58,810 bases of DNA from Bacteroidota bacterium (GTDB lineage: Bacteria > Bacteroidota > Bacteroidia > Bacteroidales > F082): contig JAJRQN010000238.1 in NCBI GenBank assembly GCA_024280235.1, forward strand, positions 1-58,810. The letters run 5' to 3'. Positions within the stretch are counted from its first letter, which is position 1, and each line of letters begins with the position of its first letter. Positions 43,201-52,491 of this stretch are shown here, in pieces. The notes beneath the pieces were generated by a model. The model was not told where the DNA came from. It saw only the letters and a list, made by a program, of their open reading frames with translations, and did no database searches. Made by a program: the position numbers and the translations under genes.

Positions 43201-43814
43201 GCCTTGACCATGTTCTCGCTTCCGGCGAAGATGTCAATCTGCTGGTTCTCGATACCGAAGTCTATTCCAATACGGGTGGACAGGCTTCCAAAGCCAGCCA
43301 GACGGCTGCTGTTGCAAAATTTGCTACGGCAGGTAAAGAGGTAAACAAAAAAGACCTCGGCGCCATTTACATGACTTACGGTTATGTGTATGTGGCACAG
43401 GTAGCTATGGGTGCTAATCAAAGTCAGTTTTTCAAAGCTTTGAAAGAAGCCGAAGCCTATCCGGGACCTTCCGTTATCATTGCTTATTCTCCCTGTATTG
43501 CACATGGATTGCGCAACGGAATGGCCCGCTCGCAATATGAAGAAAAGCTGGCGGTAGAAGCAGGATACTGGATTATGTATCGCTACAATCCCCTGTTAGA
43601 ACTTGAAGGTAAAAACCCGCTTTCACTGGATTCCAAAGAACCTGATTTTGAGAAGCTGAAAGAATTCCATGATTTGGAAGTCCGTTTTACTTCTTTGAAG
43701 AAAACTTTCCCCGAAAGAGCCAAAGAACTTCAGGAAGTGGCGCTTAAAAATGCCAAATGGCGTTATAAATTCTACAAACGTCAGGCAGATATTGACTATT
43801 CTTCCGAAGATTAG
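40269..43814 (+). CDS. nifJ: Pyruvate:ferredoxin/flavodoxin oxidoreductase
   Basis: YPITPS, MQSEGGA, two CxxCxxCxxxCP ferredoxin motifs, GACAGCGE and GGDGWAYDIG. Confidence 0.97.
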   Translation: MSGKKKFITCDGNYAAAHVAYMFSEVAAIYPITPSSTMAEYVDQWAAFGQKNIFGETVKVVEMQSEGGASGAVHGSLQSGALTTTFTASQGLLLMIPNMYKISGELLPAVFHVSARSLASQALSIFGDHSDVMACRNTGFAMLATGSVQEIMDLAGVAHFVSLRSRIPFVHFFDGFRTSHEIQKVEYFEVEDLKHLFPFEDLKKFRDNALNPEHPVTRGTAQNPDIYFQAREAATRFYTPVPDLVEEYMQEITKLTGREYHPFTYYGAEDDEHIIMAMGSVTETIRETIDYLVAKGEKVGLVAVHLYRPFSTDYLMKAIPKTVKRIAVLDRTKEPGANGEPLYLDMKEAFYGLENEPVIVGGRYGLSSKDTTPAQIVSVFKNLEQPEPKNHFTIGIVDDLTFTSLPLLPEISISDKGTVEAKFYGLGADGTVGANKNSIKIIGETTEKYAQAYFAYDSKKSGGITISHLRFGDKPIRSTYMVGTPDFVACHVPAYLTKYDMLKGLKDGGTFLLNSIWDEEETKRRLPDDMKKYMAEHKINFYTINATKIANEIGLGSRTNTIMQSAFFKVSAVISYDQAVEKMKTFIHKTYGSKGDEIVEMNYRAVDAGGDVTKIEVPEEWAKIEVKEQKAADDDVPAFIREVARPIDQLKGDDLPVSAFKGREDGSFPAGTAAYEKRGVAVSIPEWIGDKCIQCNQCAYVCPHAAIRPFLVDEEEEKNAPEGMKFLETKGKLKPLKYRIQVSVMDCTGCGSCADVCPSPEKSLVMETFESQKHETENWDYLIKNVSDKTTDGRVNKFVSVKNSQFAQPLFEFSGACAGCGETPYIKAATQLYGDRMMIANATGCSSIYGASAPATPYTVNPEGKGPAWANSLFEDNAEYGLGMATGIRKMRDRIERFMKEAIEAGTTDERKEAFEAWIAAKEKGEESKVASAKVEDILKGADDEVAQNIMELGQYLIKKSMWIIGGDGWAYDIGYGGLDHVLASGEDVNLLVLDTEVYSNTGGQASKASQTAAVAKFATAGKEVNKKDLGAIYMTYGYVYVAQVAMGANQSQFFKALKEAEAYPGPSVIIAYSPCIAHGLRNGMARSQYEEKLAVEAGYWIMYRYNPLLELEGKNPLSLDSKEPDFEKLKEFHDLEVRFTSLKKTFPERAKELQEVALKNAKWRYKFYKRQADIDYSSED

Positions 43815-43834
43815 TTTCTTCAGGTTTGAAAAAC

Positions 43835-43866
43835 AAAAGCCGTTGCCGAAAGGTAACGGCTTTTTT
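43835..43866 (+). terminator. Intrinsic terminator after nifJ
   Basis: gccgttgcc-gaaa-ggtaacggc followed by T6. Confidence 0.88.
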
Positions 43867-44086
43867 ATTGAGTTGTTCAAAGATAAATGGGATTTTCGAG
43901 AGGAACAGGTTGGCTATAGTGGCGAAACTCGGTTTTTATTTCATAGCCATGACTATATAATAAAAATAGCTGAAGTCCAATGAAGTCAAGATGTTTCTCG
44001 TAGTTTCACGATTTATCTTTAAACAACTTCTTTATCCTTTTGTCTGTTAGCAATGTTATTTCTTACATTTGTAAAAAATTATTGTT

Positions 44087-44911
44087 ATGGATGGATTATA
44101 CGGTTCCCAAAGATTTCCCAAGATTACCACGCATGTGCTTCAGGAAATGAAGCTGAAAGGTGAAAAAATAGCCATGCTCACCGGCTATGACTATTCTATG
44201 GCGCGGCTACTTGATGAAGCAGGCATAGACGTTATTTTGGTAGGCGATTCGGCCTCCAATGTTATGGCCGGACATGTTACCACACTACCCATTACACTTG
44301 ACCAGATGATTTATCATGCTTCGTCTGTGATGCGCGCAGTAAATCGTGCGCTGGTGGTGGTTGACCTGCCATTCGGAACTTATCAGGGAAACTCAAAAGA
44401 AGCTTTGCATTCAGCCATCCGAATTATGAAAGAGTCGGGCGCCAATGCCGTAAAACTCGAAGGTGGTGCGGAAGTGGTGGAGTCCATCGACCGTATTCTG
44501 ACTGCCGGAATTCCCGTTTTGGGACATTTGGGACTTACACCTCAGTCTATCAATAAATTTGGTACTTATGTAGTTCGTGCCAAAGAGAAAGAAGAAGCTT
44601 CCAAGCTACTGCGTGATGCCAAACTGCTGGAAGAATCGGGATGTTTTGGCATCGTATTGGAAAAAATACCGGCCAACCTTGCCGCCCGTGTTACCGAATT
44701 GGTAAAAATCCCAACTATTGGCATCGGCGCCGGACATGCTGTGGATGGCCAGGTACTCGTATTGCACGATATGCTGGGTATTAATCAGGAATTTTCGCCC
44801 CGGTTCCTTCGGCGTTATCATAACCTGCACGATGAAATTATTAAAGCTTTTCTGGCTTACATACATGATGTGAAAGCTGTTGATTTTCCCAACGACAAAG
44901 AACAATATTGA
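44087..44911 (+). CDS. panB: 3-methyl-2-oxobutanoate hydroxymethyltransferase
   Basis: [31 protein letters not shown] and DGQVLV motifs. Confidence 0.97.
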   Translation: MDGLYGSQRFPKITTHVLQEMKLKGEKIAMLTGYDYSMARLLDEAGIDVILVGDSASNVMAGHVTTLPITLDQMIYHASSVMRAVNRALVVVDLPFGTYQGNSKEALHSAIRIMKESGANAVKLEGGAEVVESIDRILTAGIPVLGHLGLTPQSINKFGTYVVRAKEKEEASKLLRDAKLLEESGCFGIVLEKIPANLAARVTELVKIPTIGIGAGHAVDGQVLVLHDMLGINQEFSPRFLRRYHNLHDEIIKAFLAYIHDVKAVDFPNDKEQY

Positions 44912-44932
44912 TTTCTCTTCTATCATGACTTT

Positions 44933-45646
44933 ATGAGCGACAAACTTCCCCTAAAAGAGCGTATCTTATTTGAGGACAACCACTTAATTGTAGTCAATAA
45001 ATTGCCTTCTGAAATTGTTCAGGGCGATAAGACTGGTGATGAACCTCTGAGCGAAGCCTTAAAACATTACCTGAAAGAAAAATATCAAAAACCCGGAAAT
45101 GTTTTCCTGGGCGTTATCCATCGCCTTGACAGGCCGGTGAGTGGCATAGTGGTTTTTGCCAAAACAGGAAAAGCACTGAGTCGTATGAATGAGTTAGTGA
45201 AGCAACGGGATATGCAGAAAACATATTGGGCTGTCGTGAAAGACAGACCTCCGCAAACGGAAGGAAAGCTGACACACTTTTTGATACGCGACCAGAAAAA
45301 GAATAAATCTTTTGTAAGCAAGATGCCTCGCGCTGACAGCAAAGAAGCCATTTTAATTTATAAACTGATTGCTTCGGGTGAACGTTATCATTTGCTGGAC
45401 ATAAACCTACTTACCGGACGACATCATCAAATCAGGGCACAGCTCGCCGCCATAGGTTGTCCTGTAAAAGGAGATTTGAAATATGGATTCCCGCGCAGCA
45501 ATCCGGATGCTTCCATCAGTTTGCATGCCCGTAAAGTAGCATTTGTTCATCCGGTGAAAAAGGAAAAACTGGAGATCACTGCCAACCCGCCACATGACGC
45601 ATTGTGGGACTATTTTTTGAAACAGGTTGCTCTTTCAAAGAAATAA
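44933..45646 (+). CDS. RluA family pseudouridine synthase
   Basis: HRLDRPVSG, TGRHHQIR, GDLKYG and LHA motifs. Confidence 0.93.
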   Translation: MSDKLPLKERILFEDNHLIVVNKLPSEIVQGDKTGDEPLSEALKHYLKEKYQKPGNVFLGVIHRLDRPVSGIVVFAKTGKALSRMNELVKQRDMQKTYWAVVKDRPPQTEGKLTHFLIRDQKKNKSFVSKMPRADSKEAILIYKLIASGERYHLLDINLLTGRHHQIRAQLAAIGCPVKGDLKYGFPRSNPDASISLHARKVAFVHPVKKEKLEITANPPHDALWDYFLKQVALSKK

Positions 45647-45722
45647 TGACTTTTCTATCCTCTAAATTTGTTATCACAAACAATAAAAACCCTCTGCAAC
45701 GTTTACCAGTAAATCATTTAAA

Positions 45723-46385
45723 TTGAAAGCAAAATTGAAAGAGTACGCAAAAAAAAGAAATTATTCGCCTGCCGAAGAGCGGCTAAATATTTGGTCGCAC
45801 GGGCTGGGATTTTTGCTTGCCATTCCGGCGACGGTATTTCTCATTCTGAAAGCTTCCCTGCACGGCGATGCGTGGCAGATTGTGAGTATAAGCATATACG
45901 GTGCCGGCATGATGACTCTTTATCTTGCCTCCACGCTTTATCATTCGGCAAAAAATCCGGAAAGAAGGCACAAACTCAATGTCTTTGATCATGCTTCCAT
46001 TTATCTGCTTATTGCCGGAACCTACACACCAATTTTACTCATTACTTTGCGCGGGCCATGGGGTTGGAGTCTATTCGGTGTAATTTGGTCGGCAGCCATT
46101 GGCGGTATTATTTTTAAAATCTTTTACACCGGAAGATTCAATGTGATTTCTACCATCGCTTATGTGGTGATGGGGTCAATTGTGTTGGTGGCCATTAAGC
46201 CGTTGATTGCTAACCTGTCGTTGCCCGGACTTTACTGGTTGCTGGCAGGCGGGGTGAGTTATATGGTTGGCGCTGTGCTCTATTTACAACACAAAATGCC
46301 TTATCATCATGCTATTTTCCACCTGTTTGTGCTCGGTGGCAGTATCTGCCATTATATTGCTATTTACAGCTATGTGCTGCGCTGA
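45723..46385 (+). CDS. Hemolysin III/PAQR family membrane protein (TrhA-like)
   Basis: EE..N..SH, STLYH, DHASIYLLIAGTYTP and HAIFHLFV motifs. Confidence 0.92.
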   Translation: MKAKLKEYAKKRNYSPAEERLNIWSHGLGFLLAIPATVFLILKASLHGDAWQIVSISIYGAGMMTLYLASTLYHSAKNPERRHKLNVFDHASIYLLIAGTYTPILLITLRGPWGWSLFGVIWSAAIGGIIFKIFYTGRFNVISTIAYVVMGSIVLVAIKPLIANLSLPGLYWLLAGGVSYMVGAVLYLQHKMPYHHAIFHLFVLGGSICHYIAIYSYVLR

Positions 46386-46391
46386 AAAAAA

Positions 46392-46781
46392 TTACAACTT
46401 AAAATTTAAAACCTTTCTTTCCTCGCCGGCTTCCCACTCTTTCCATATTACCGGCAGGTTCAACTGAATTGTCTTCAGGCTTTTAGAAACAGGCGTATTC
46501 ATCATAATACAAACAAAGTTTTTTCTAATCCGTTTGATATTAGGCCCGAAAACTTTGGAAACCAATACTTTTACACCATCATTCCGTAATAATCGTGCGA
46601 TGCCACGGGCTTTTTCCGGATCGGCATGAAGTTTTTCTTCCTTTGGAGGGTTGATAACACGTTTCAGGAATCTTATTTCTGTTTTAGAAACTTTATAAAG
46701 ATCGAAATATCTGGCATCTCCCGAGTGCTTGTCAATAAAAGTTTCTCCGTCGTTAGTAGAAAAAGCGACAATTACTTCCAT
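46392..46781 (-). CDS. NifB/NifX (IssA-like) metallocluster-binding family protein
   Basis: VAF...HSGDA.YF..Y and L...GV..LV...FG pattern. Confidence 0.7.
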   Translation of the reverse strand: MEVIVAFSTNDGETFIDKHSGDARYFDLYKVSKTEIRFLKRVINPPKEEKLHADPEKARGIARLLRNDGVKVLVSKVFGPNIKRIRKNFVCIMMNTPVSKSLKTIQLNLPVIWKEWEAGEERKVLNFKL

Positions 46782-46821
46782 AATCTTTCTTTTTACGGCA
46801 AAGATAAAATTTCAGGAAGAA

Positions 46822-47886
46822 TCAGGGATGATAAACCGACATGGCAGGCAAAGTTTTATGCTGAAAATCAAACAGAGCCAGATTTTCCCATGGAGAGCCA
46901 ACGGTGGAATGCGGATCATTAAATGAAACCCATTCGGGTTCCCAATAGCAAAAACCTGCACCGGAATTGTCAGTTTCCAAAATACTTCGCAATTTCCACA
47001 AAAAAGCTTCCTGTCCGGAGGCCGAGGCCGGATATTCCGGAATTAGCTGACTACTGTCGCCGACAATATTGTTTGTCCAATCGTCCCATGAAAGTGTAAA
47101 AGGATATGCCGTCTCGGCAATAACAACCTTTTTATGATAATTTTCCGCCAGTTGATTTATTGTATATTGAAGAGTATCAAGCGATTTTCCGTGCCACCAG
47201 GGATAATAGGAAAGCCCGATGATGTCATAATCGGTATGATAACTTTTCAAAATATTGAAAAACCAATCCGCACCTTTGTATCCTGCATAATGCATTATAA
47301 TGCGAATGGAAGTATCGGCTTTACGTACGGCGGAGGTTCCTTTCTGCAACAATTCGGCAAATTGTGCAGGATGTGAAATACGGCCATCATCCCACAGAAA
47401 GCCGTGGTTGAGTTCATTACCGACCTGAACATATTCGGGACGGATAACTTTGACAACATGCAGCGTGTAAGCATAAACACTGTCTTCCAAATGTTGTAGA
47501 TTCAGGTTTTCCCATGTGGCCGGTTTAGTTTGATGGCCGGGATCGGCCCATGTGTCTGAATAGTGCAGGTCAAGCCACACTTTCAACCCGGCGGCATGAA
47601 TCCGTTTTGAAAAAGCGATTACTTCCTGTAAGCTGCTGTGGGTTCCCGCCGGATGCACCCAAAGCCTCAGCCGGACAGTGTTTAACCCGTTGTCTTTGAA
47701 TATTTTCAGAACATCTTCAGTTTTTCCATTACTATTGTAAAAGATCGTTCCGACTTCCTCAATTTCGGGAAGTTTGGAGAGGTCTGCACTACGGATAAAG
47801 GATTCATTTATAGCGCTTCCCCGCTTTTTGCAAGCTATGATGCTTAATAAGAAAAATAGCAAAAACCAAGGAAGGCGAAATTTCAT
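46822..47886 (-). CDS. GH53 endo-beta-1,4-galactanase lipoprotein
   Basis: ADLS, RLRLWV, HYSDTWADPG.Q, QVGNE, SYYP.WH, AETAYP and YWEP motifs. Confidence 0.92.
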   Translation of the reverse strand: MKFRLPWFLLFFLLSIIACKKRGSAINESFIRSADLSKLPEIEEVGTIFYNSNGKTEDVLKIFKDNGLNTVRLRLWVHPAGTHSSLQEVIAFSKRIHAAGLKVWLDLHYSDTWADPGHQTKPATWENLNLQHLEDSVYAYTLHVVKVIRPEYVQVGNELNHGFLWDDGRISHPAQFAELLQKGTSAVRKADTSIRIIMHYAGYKGADWFFNILKSYHTDYDIIGLSYYPWWHGKSLDTLQYTINQLAENYHKKVVIAETAYPFTLSWDDWTNNIVGDSSQLIPEYPASASGQEAFLWKLRSILETDNSGAGFCYWEPEWVSFNDPHSTVGSPWENLALFDFQHKTLPAMSVYHP

Positions 47887-47953
47887 AACAAAATGATAAT
47901 AAAGTTATTGAGGCCCAAAACTGTTTTGACACTTCGCATCTTAAAATAAATCC

Positions 47954-50137
47954 CTATTTTGTTCTGGTAATCCTTTCAACACCTTTTACCAGTTTTATTT
48001 TATGTATAAGTTGGTCAAGATGTTCGTGGTTTCGAATCATAAGGCTCACGCGACCTTCAAATTTTTTACCTTTCGTAGTAAAATTTATGGAACGCATGTT
48101 GACACGCAAATCGCCCGTAATTGCCTTGGTTACAGCTTCCACAATACCTAATTCATCGCAACCATTTATTTTCAGACCGACGCGATAGAATGGCTTTTCA
48201 TCCGACCCGACCCATTTCACTTCCACAATACGGTACGGATAGCGTTCGGATAACCGTTTGGCATTAGGACAATTGCGACGATGAATAGAGATGCCGCCAA
48301 GAGTGGTAACAAAACCAAAAACGGCGTCTCCGGGGATGGGGTTACAGCATTTTGCAAAACGGTAGTTGATATTCTTCACATGATTACCAATATAAAGAAT
48401 ATCTTCTTCACCACCAGATTTTTCTGCCTGCCGTGATACCTTTTGAGGTTCTTTTTCCTGTATGCCGGCATCCTCCGGTTTCTCCTCAAGATAATCGTGA
48501 AGAATCGATTTCACAAGTGTCAGGTCAATTTTATCCGTTGCCAACAGGTAATAAAGATCTACTGCCGAATCCATTTTAAAATGCTTTACCAGAACATTTA
48601 TGAGATCATCGCTGCTTTTCAGTTTCCAGTTTTTAAATTTTCTCAGCAGCAGTTCTTTTCCCTCTTCGGCCTCTTTATATTTTGCTTCTTTAAGTTGTCT
48701 TTTGATATGGTTACGCGCTTTTGTGGTATTAACAAAGGATACCCAATCGGCCTTGGGCTTTTGGTTTTTGGCGGTAATAACTTCGACTCTATCACCATTT
48801 TTCAACACATACCGTATGGGAACAAGTTTTTTATTTACCCGTGCTCCGCTACACTGGTTTCCTATGTTTGTATGGATGTCGTAAGCAAAATCGAGGACAG
48901 TTGCACCAGCCGGCAGGCGTTTTAAATCTCCCAGAGGGGTAAAAATAAAGACATACTCTTTGGATTTCTGTGATTGATAAGCATATTCGGCTCCAATACT
49001 TTCGGGGTGTTCCAACACATCGCGCACCTGCAGCATCCAGTCGTCCATCACTTTCGATTTCATAAGGCCTTTGTATGCCCAATGTGCTGCCTGGCCTTTT
49101 TCAGCTACTTCATCCATGCGAACAGTCCTGATCTGCACCTCCACCCACTTTTTATTTGGCCCCATAACTGTCGTATGCAACGATTCATAGCCCGAGGCTT
49201 TCGGGGTTGAAATCCAGTCGCGCAGCCGTTTCGGGTTGGGCTGATAGATATTTGTAACAATGGAATAAACCATCCAGCAATCTTCTTTTTCTTTTTTGGA
49301 CGATTTGCTTTTAATAATAATACGGACGGCAAATATATCGTAGATCTGTTCAAACTCAACATTTTGCCTTTTCATTTTCGCCCAGATAGAAGGCACCGAT
49401 TTTGTTCGCCATTTTATTTCAAAATCAAACCCGGCAGCATGTAATTCATGTTCGATAGGTTGAATAAAATCATTAATATAAACTTCCCGTTTACTCTTTG
49501 TAGCTTGTATTTTATTGGTAATGGTGCTATAAATCTCCGGATGTTCAAAAAGCATCAGATCATTTTCCATCTCACTCTTAATGTTATAAAGGCCAAGACG
49601 ATGCGCAATGGGAATATAGATATATTTTATCTCATTGAAAAATTTATTTTTCTGTTTCCTCGTAAGCTGTTCGGGTGTTCTTACATCGTGCAACCTGTGT
49701 GCCATCCGGATGAGAATGACACGTATATCGTCCACAAGGGAAAGAAACATGTTACGAAAAGTATCCGATTGAAAAGAGACACGTTCTGTCTGCAAAGCGG
49801 AAATCTTCATAAAACCCTCAATAATATCCAAGACATTTCGATCAAACTTCTTAAGAATCTCCTTTCTAATCAGTGGGTCTTTTACGTCCATGCTGTGCAG
49901 CAAGGCACAGACAGCTGATGTGGGGCCAAGATTTACCTCTTTCATGGCAATGACAGCTACATCGAGGTGATGGAGAATCAATGGTGAACCGTCAGCCATT
50001 TTTTGCCCATCATAAGCTTTAAAAGCCATATCAAATGCCTTTTGTATCAGAAAATGCGATGCCGCATCCCCCTTTATATCAGTCCATTCAAACAACCTTT
50101 CCAGCTTTTCGCTAACCAGTCTATCTTCGTCTGTCAT
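47954..50137 (-). CDS. Long RelA/SpoT homolog with degenerate hydrolase domain
   Basis: Synthetase motifs RTKS..SI..KM, DIFAVR, GYESLH and EVQIRT; TGS, KCCNPIPGD and ACT domains; LLHSMD in place of LLHD. Confidence 0.92.
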   Translation of the reverse strand: MTDEDRLVSEKLERLFEWTDIKGDAASHFLIQKAFDMAFKAYDGQKMADGSPLILHHLDVAVIAMKEVNLGPTSAVCALLHSMDVKDPLIRKEILKKFDRNVLDIIEGFMKISALQTERVSFQSDTFRNMFLSLVDDIRVILIRMAHRLHDVRTPEQLTRKQKNKFFNEIKYIYIPIAHRLGLYNIKSEMENDLMLFEHPEIYSTITNKIQATKSKREVYINDFIQPIEHELHAAGFDFEIKWRTKSVPSIWAKMKRQNVEFEQIYDIFAVRIIIKSKSSKKEKEDCWMVYSIVTNIYQPNPKRLRDWISTPKASGYESLHTTVMGPNKKWVEVQIRTVRMDEVAEKGQAAHWAYKGLMKSKVMDDWMLQVRDVLEHPESIGAEYAYQSQKSKEYVFIFTPLGDLKRLPAGATVLDFAYDIHTNIGNQCSGARVNKKLVPIRYVLKNGDRVEVITAKNQKPKADWVSFVNTTKARNHIKRQLKEAKYKEAEEGKELLLRKFKNWKLKSSDDLINVLVKHFKMDSAVDLYYLLATDKIDLTLVKSILHDYLEEKPEDAGIQEKEPQKVSRQAEKSGGEEDILYIGNHVKNINYRFAKCCNPIPGDAVFGFVTTLGGISIHRRNCPNAKRLSERYPYRIVEVKWVGSDEKPFYRVGLKINGCDELGIVEAVTKAITGDLRVNMRSINFTTKGKKFEGRVSLMIRNHEHLDQLIHKIKLVKGVERITRTK

Positions 50138-50434
50138 TTGCTCTTTATAACTTTTCCTTAAAAGGACTCTTGTTATACTCCGGCGTTGAAATGAATCAGG
50201 ACAATAGCATACTGTCGTGCATCACCACCTGATATTAGCCGAATTATTTTACTCTTTTGAATGGCTAAATTTACAACTATTTTCAAAGCAAAGAGCAAAA
50301 CATGTTTTGGTGGCAAAATATTATTTTGGCTAATTCCTTTTTTAATGTGCTGAAAAATAATCGAAGGAACAGTTATTTGTAGAACTTATTGCTGCAAGGA
50401 AACATTTCCCATAGAATCTGGTTACCATAAGGAC

Positions 50435-50521
50435 ATCCCCGAAGGGGATAAATATATGAATAACCTCGTACACAGTGCGGGGGAAAAAGAAAGAGAAGAT
50501 ATCATAACCCTGAAGGGGTTA
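50435..50521. repeat. Diverged inverted unit of repeat family B
   Basis: ATCCCCGAAGGGGAT ... TAACCCTGAAGGGGTTA mirrors the reverse complement of 50618-50703. Confidence 0.6.
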
Positions 50522-50565
50522 AACAAAAGATACATATCTATGAAATCTTTTATTAAATATGTCGA

Positions 50566-50787
50566 TTAAAGATGGGAGTTTGAATTGGATAAAATATGTT
50601 TCTCAGGTTTTATCTTATTGAATCCCTTCAGGATTCTGTGGAAAGACGGTTTATCATCCACGGGTTTCGCCCGTGGTGAATCATATTCAATCCCTTCGGG
50701 ATTTTCCAAAAATGAAAAAATCTTTTAAATAGATTACGTGTTATTCCATCAAATTGAAAAGGTAACGCATTAAAATAGGAATTAGCC
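50566..50787 (+). repeat. Dispersed REP-like repeat family B, copy 2
   Basis: Direct copy of 5266-5488; hairpins AATCCCTTCAGGATT, CCACGGGTTTCGCCCGTGG and AATCCCTTCGGGATT. Confidence 0.92.
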
Positions 50788-51040
50788 ATTATTTTGGCGT
50801 ACTACTCAAAATATTTACTCAGGATACAAGTTGAATTATTTGCAATTTATTGTTAATAACCTGAATTCAATATAGGCTTTGACCACAATTTCAAATAATT
50901 AGTTCACAGACAATCCTGTATAAAGGTATCACTTTTTTACGATAGAGAAATAGCCTATAATGTAATTATGAGGTGTTTGTCCTGATAGACAACACGAATT
51001 TAAAAAGGACTCTCGGGATAATTCGAGAAAATATAAAATA

Positions 51041-52306
51041 TTAATGTGCATTAATTTTCTGAATCCCCACCAGCCGGTCATATTCGAGGTTACGATTATG
51101 GTAATAAACATAGATGGTATAAGTGTTCTGTGTTTCCCAGAAACTGCCTTCGATGGGCGTGATGTCGGCTTGTTTACTACCTGCCGGCAACACGGCGTAC
51201 CAATATTCGTAATAACCCTGCTTCAAAAGTAAATGGCCTTCATACTGTTGCGTCTGTTTGTTGTATGTCATCCTGCTATTCCTGTTGAGCTGCCAATCGG
51301 TGAGCTGGCCTAAAATATATACGTCTCCTGTATTAATTTTTGGTATCTTCAGGTAAAAATAGACTTCGGCATAATCACCTTCAATCATCGGATTCTGATT
51401 GCTTCGGGCAGCTATAAACATTTTACCATGATTATCCTTATACGTCTCATACTGGCCACCTTCCCGGGAATAATCGGTATGCAGAAGCACTTTGTAATAA
51501 CTTTTCAACTGCGTAATACTCCGGATGTATTCCGACCGATACCAAAAATCCTTCATGTCAAAATACCGCGGTTCGTTACCTGAATTGAACACAATCCCAT
51601 CCACAAAATTATACTGCAACTCATTTGGGGTAACGGATGTGGGATGAAGGTCAACATAAGCATTGTCCCAACGATCGTTCTGACGAATGGTAATTTTAAA
51701 ACGCTGCTGAGGCTCGGCAAGAAAAATATCCGGCGTATGACAAGTCAAATCAATTTGCTGCTTTTTCTTGAAATAAGCAAGATTTTTAGGATAATACGGT
51801 ACTTTTGCTGCCACACTCACCAATGGTTCTACCACAAAAAAACGTCTGGTAATCAATACGTTGGTATCGCCGTCATCGTCAAGATAAACTTTGAGAATGT
51901 AATTTCCTGATAGTATCGGCCTAACCTGAGACTGAGGAAAATTAAGCTGATAATGAATATAGGGAGTCAACGTGTTAAACGAAAATTTATAATTGGTGAT
52001 ATCGCCTTCTGTATATCCCGAAAGGTAATCTATGGGGTTCAGGTCGGAGGTCTTCCAGTCTGAAGTACAATGTATCAATGTATATTTGTAATTTTCCTGA
52101 CGATTGCTCAAATCGTCAAACGAAAGAGTAAGTTTGTTAGTGGAATTCAATTCGACAACAGGATCTTTCAACTGATTGCCATTGGCATACAAAAGTACAC
52201 TCACAATGTTATCATCATAAACACGGTCGGTATTTGTCATCTGAGCCATCAGGCTAATGGGAGAAAGACCGGACAGCAGCAGACAAAAAAGAATGTATTT
52301 CTTCAT
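51041..52306 (-). CDS. DUF5103 / T9SS plug-family protein
   Basis: Signal peptide; LSFDDL, Y.LIHC..DW, SFNT...Y.HY, SGNY, LLKQGYY.Y and EG.FWET.N.Y motifs. Confidence 0.82.
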   Translation of the reverse strand: MKKYILFCLLLSGLSPISLMAQMTNTDRVYDDNIVSVLLYANGNQLKDPVVELNSTNKLTLSFDDLSNRQENYKYTLIHCTSDWKTSDLNPIDYLSGYTEGDITNYKFSFNTLTPYIHYQLNFPQSQVRPILSGNYILKVYLDDDGDTNVLITRRFFVVEPLVSVAAKVPYYPKNLAYFKKKQQIDLTCHTPDIFLAEPQQRFKITIRQNDRWDNAYVDLHPTSVTPNELQYNFVDGIVFNSGNEPRYFDMKDFWYRSEYIRSITQLKSYYKVLLHTDYSREGGQYETYKDNHGKMFIAARSNQNPMIEGDYAEVYFYLKIPKINTGDVYILGQLTDWQLNRNSRMTYNKQTQQYEGHLLLKQGYYEYWYAVLPAGSKQADITPIEGSFWETQNTYTIYVYYHNRNLEYDRLVGIQKINAH

Positions 52307-52491
52307 AGAGATTATTTGGATTGATAAAACAAAAATAGTTTTTCCCCGCCTAAAAACCAGCTAAATATAACTTTTTTTAAAAATATTTTTAAATAAAAAA
52401 TAATAAAGCAAATTTTTTTGTTACTTTTAACCATAAATTAATTGTTAATTATTTAACTTGCGCCCTCAAAACAACATGAATTTATTTATAT

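Noticed and set aside
50929-51111. Small ORFs in AT-rich intergenic regions (also 5483-5668 and 38570-38833)
   Set aside because: They overlap repeats, terminators or gene ends and lack protein-like features.
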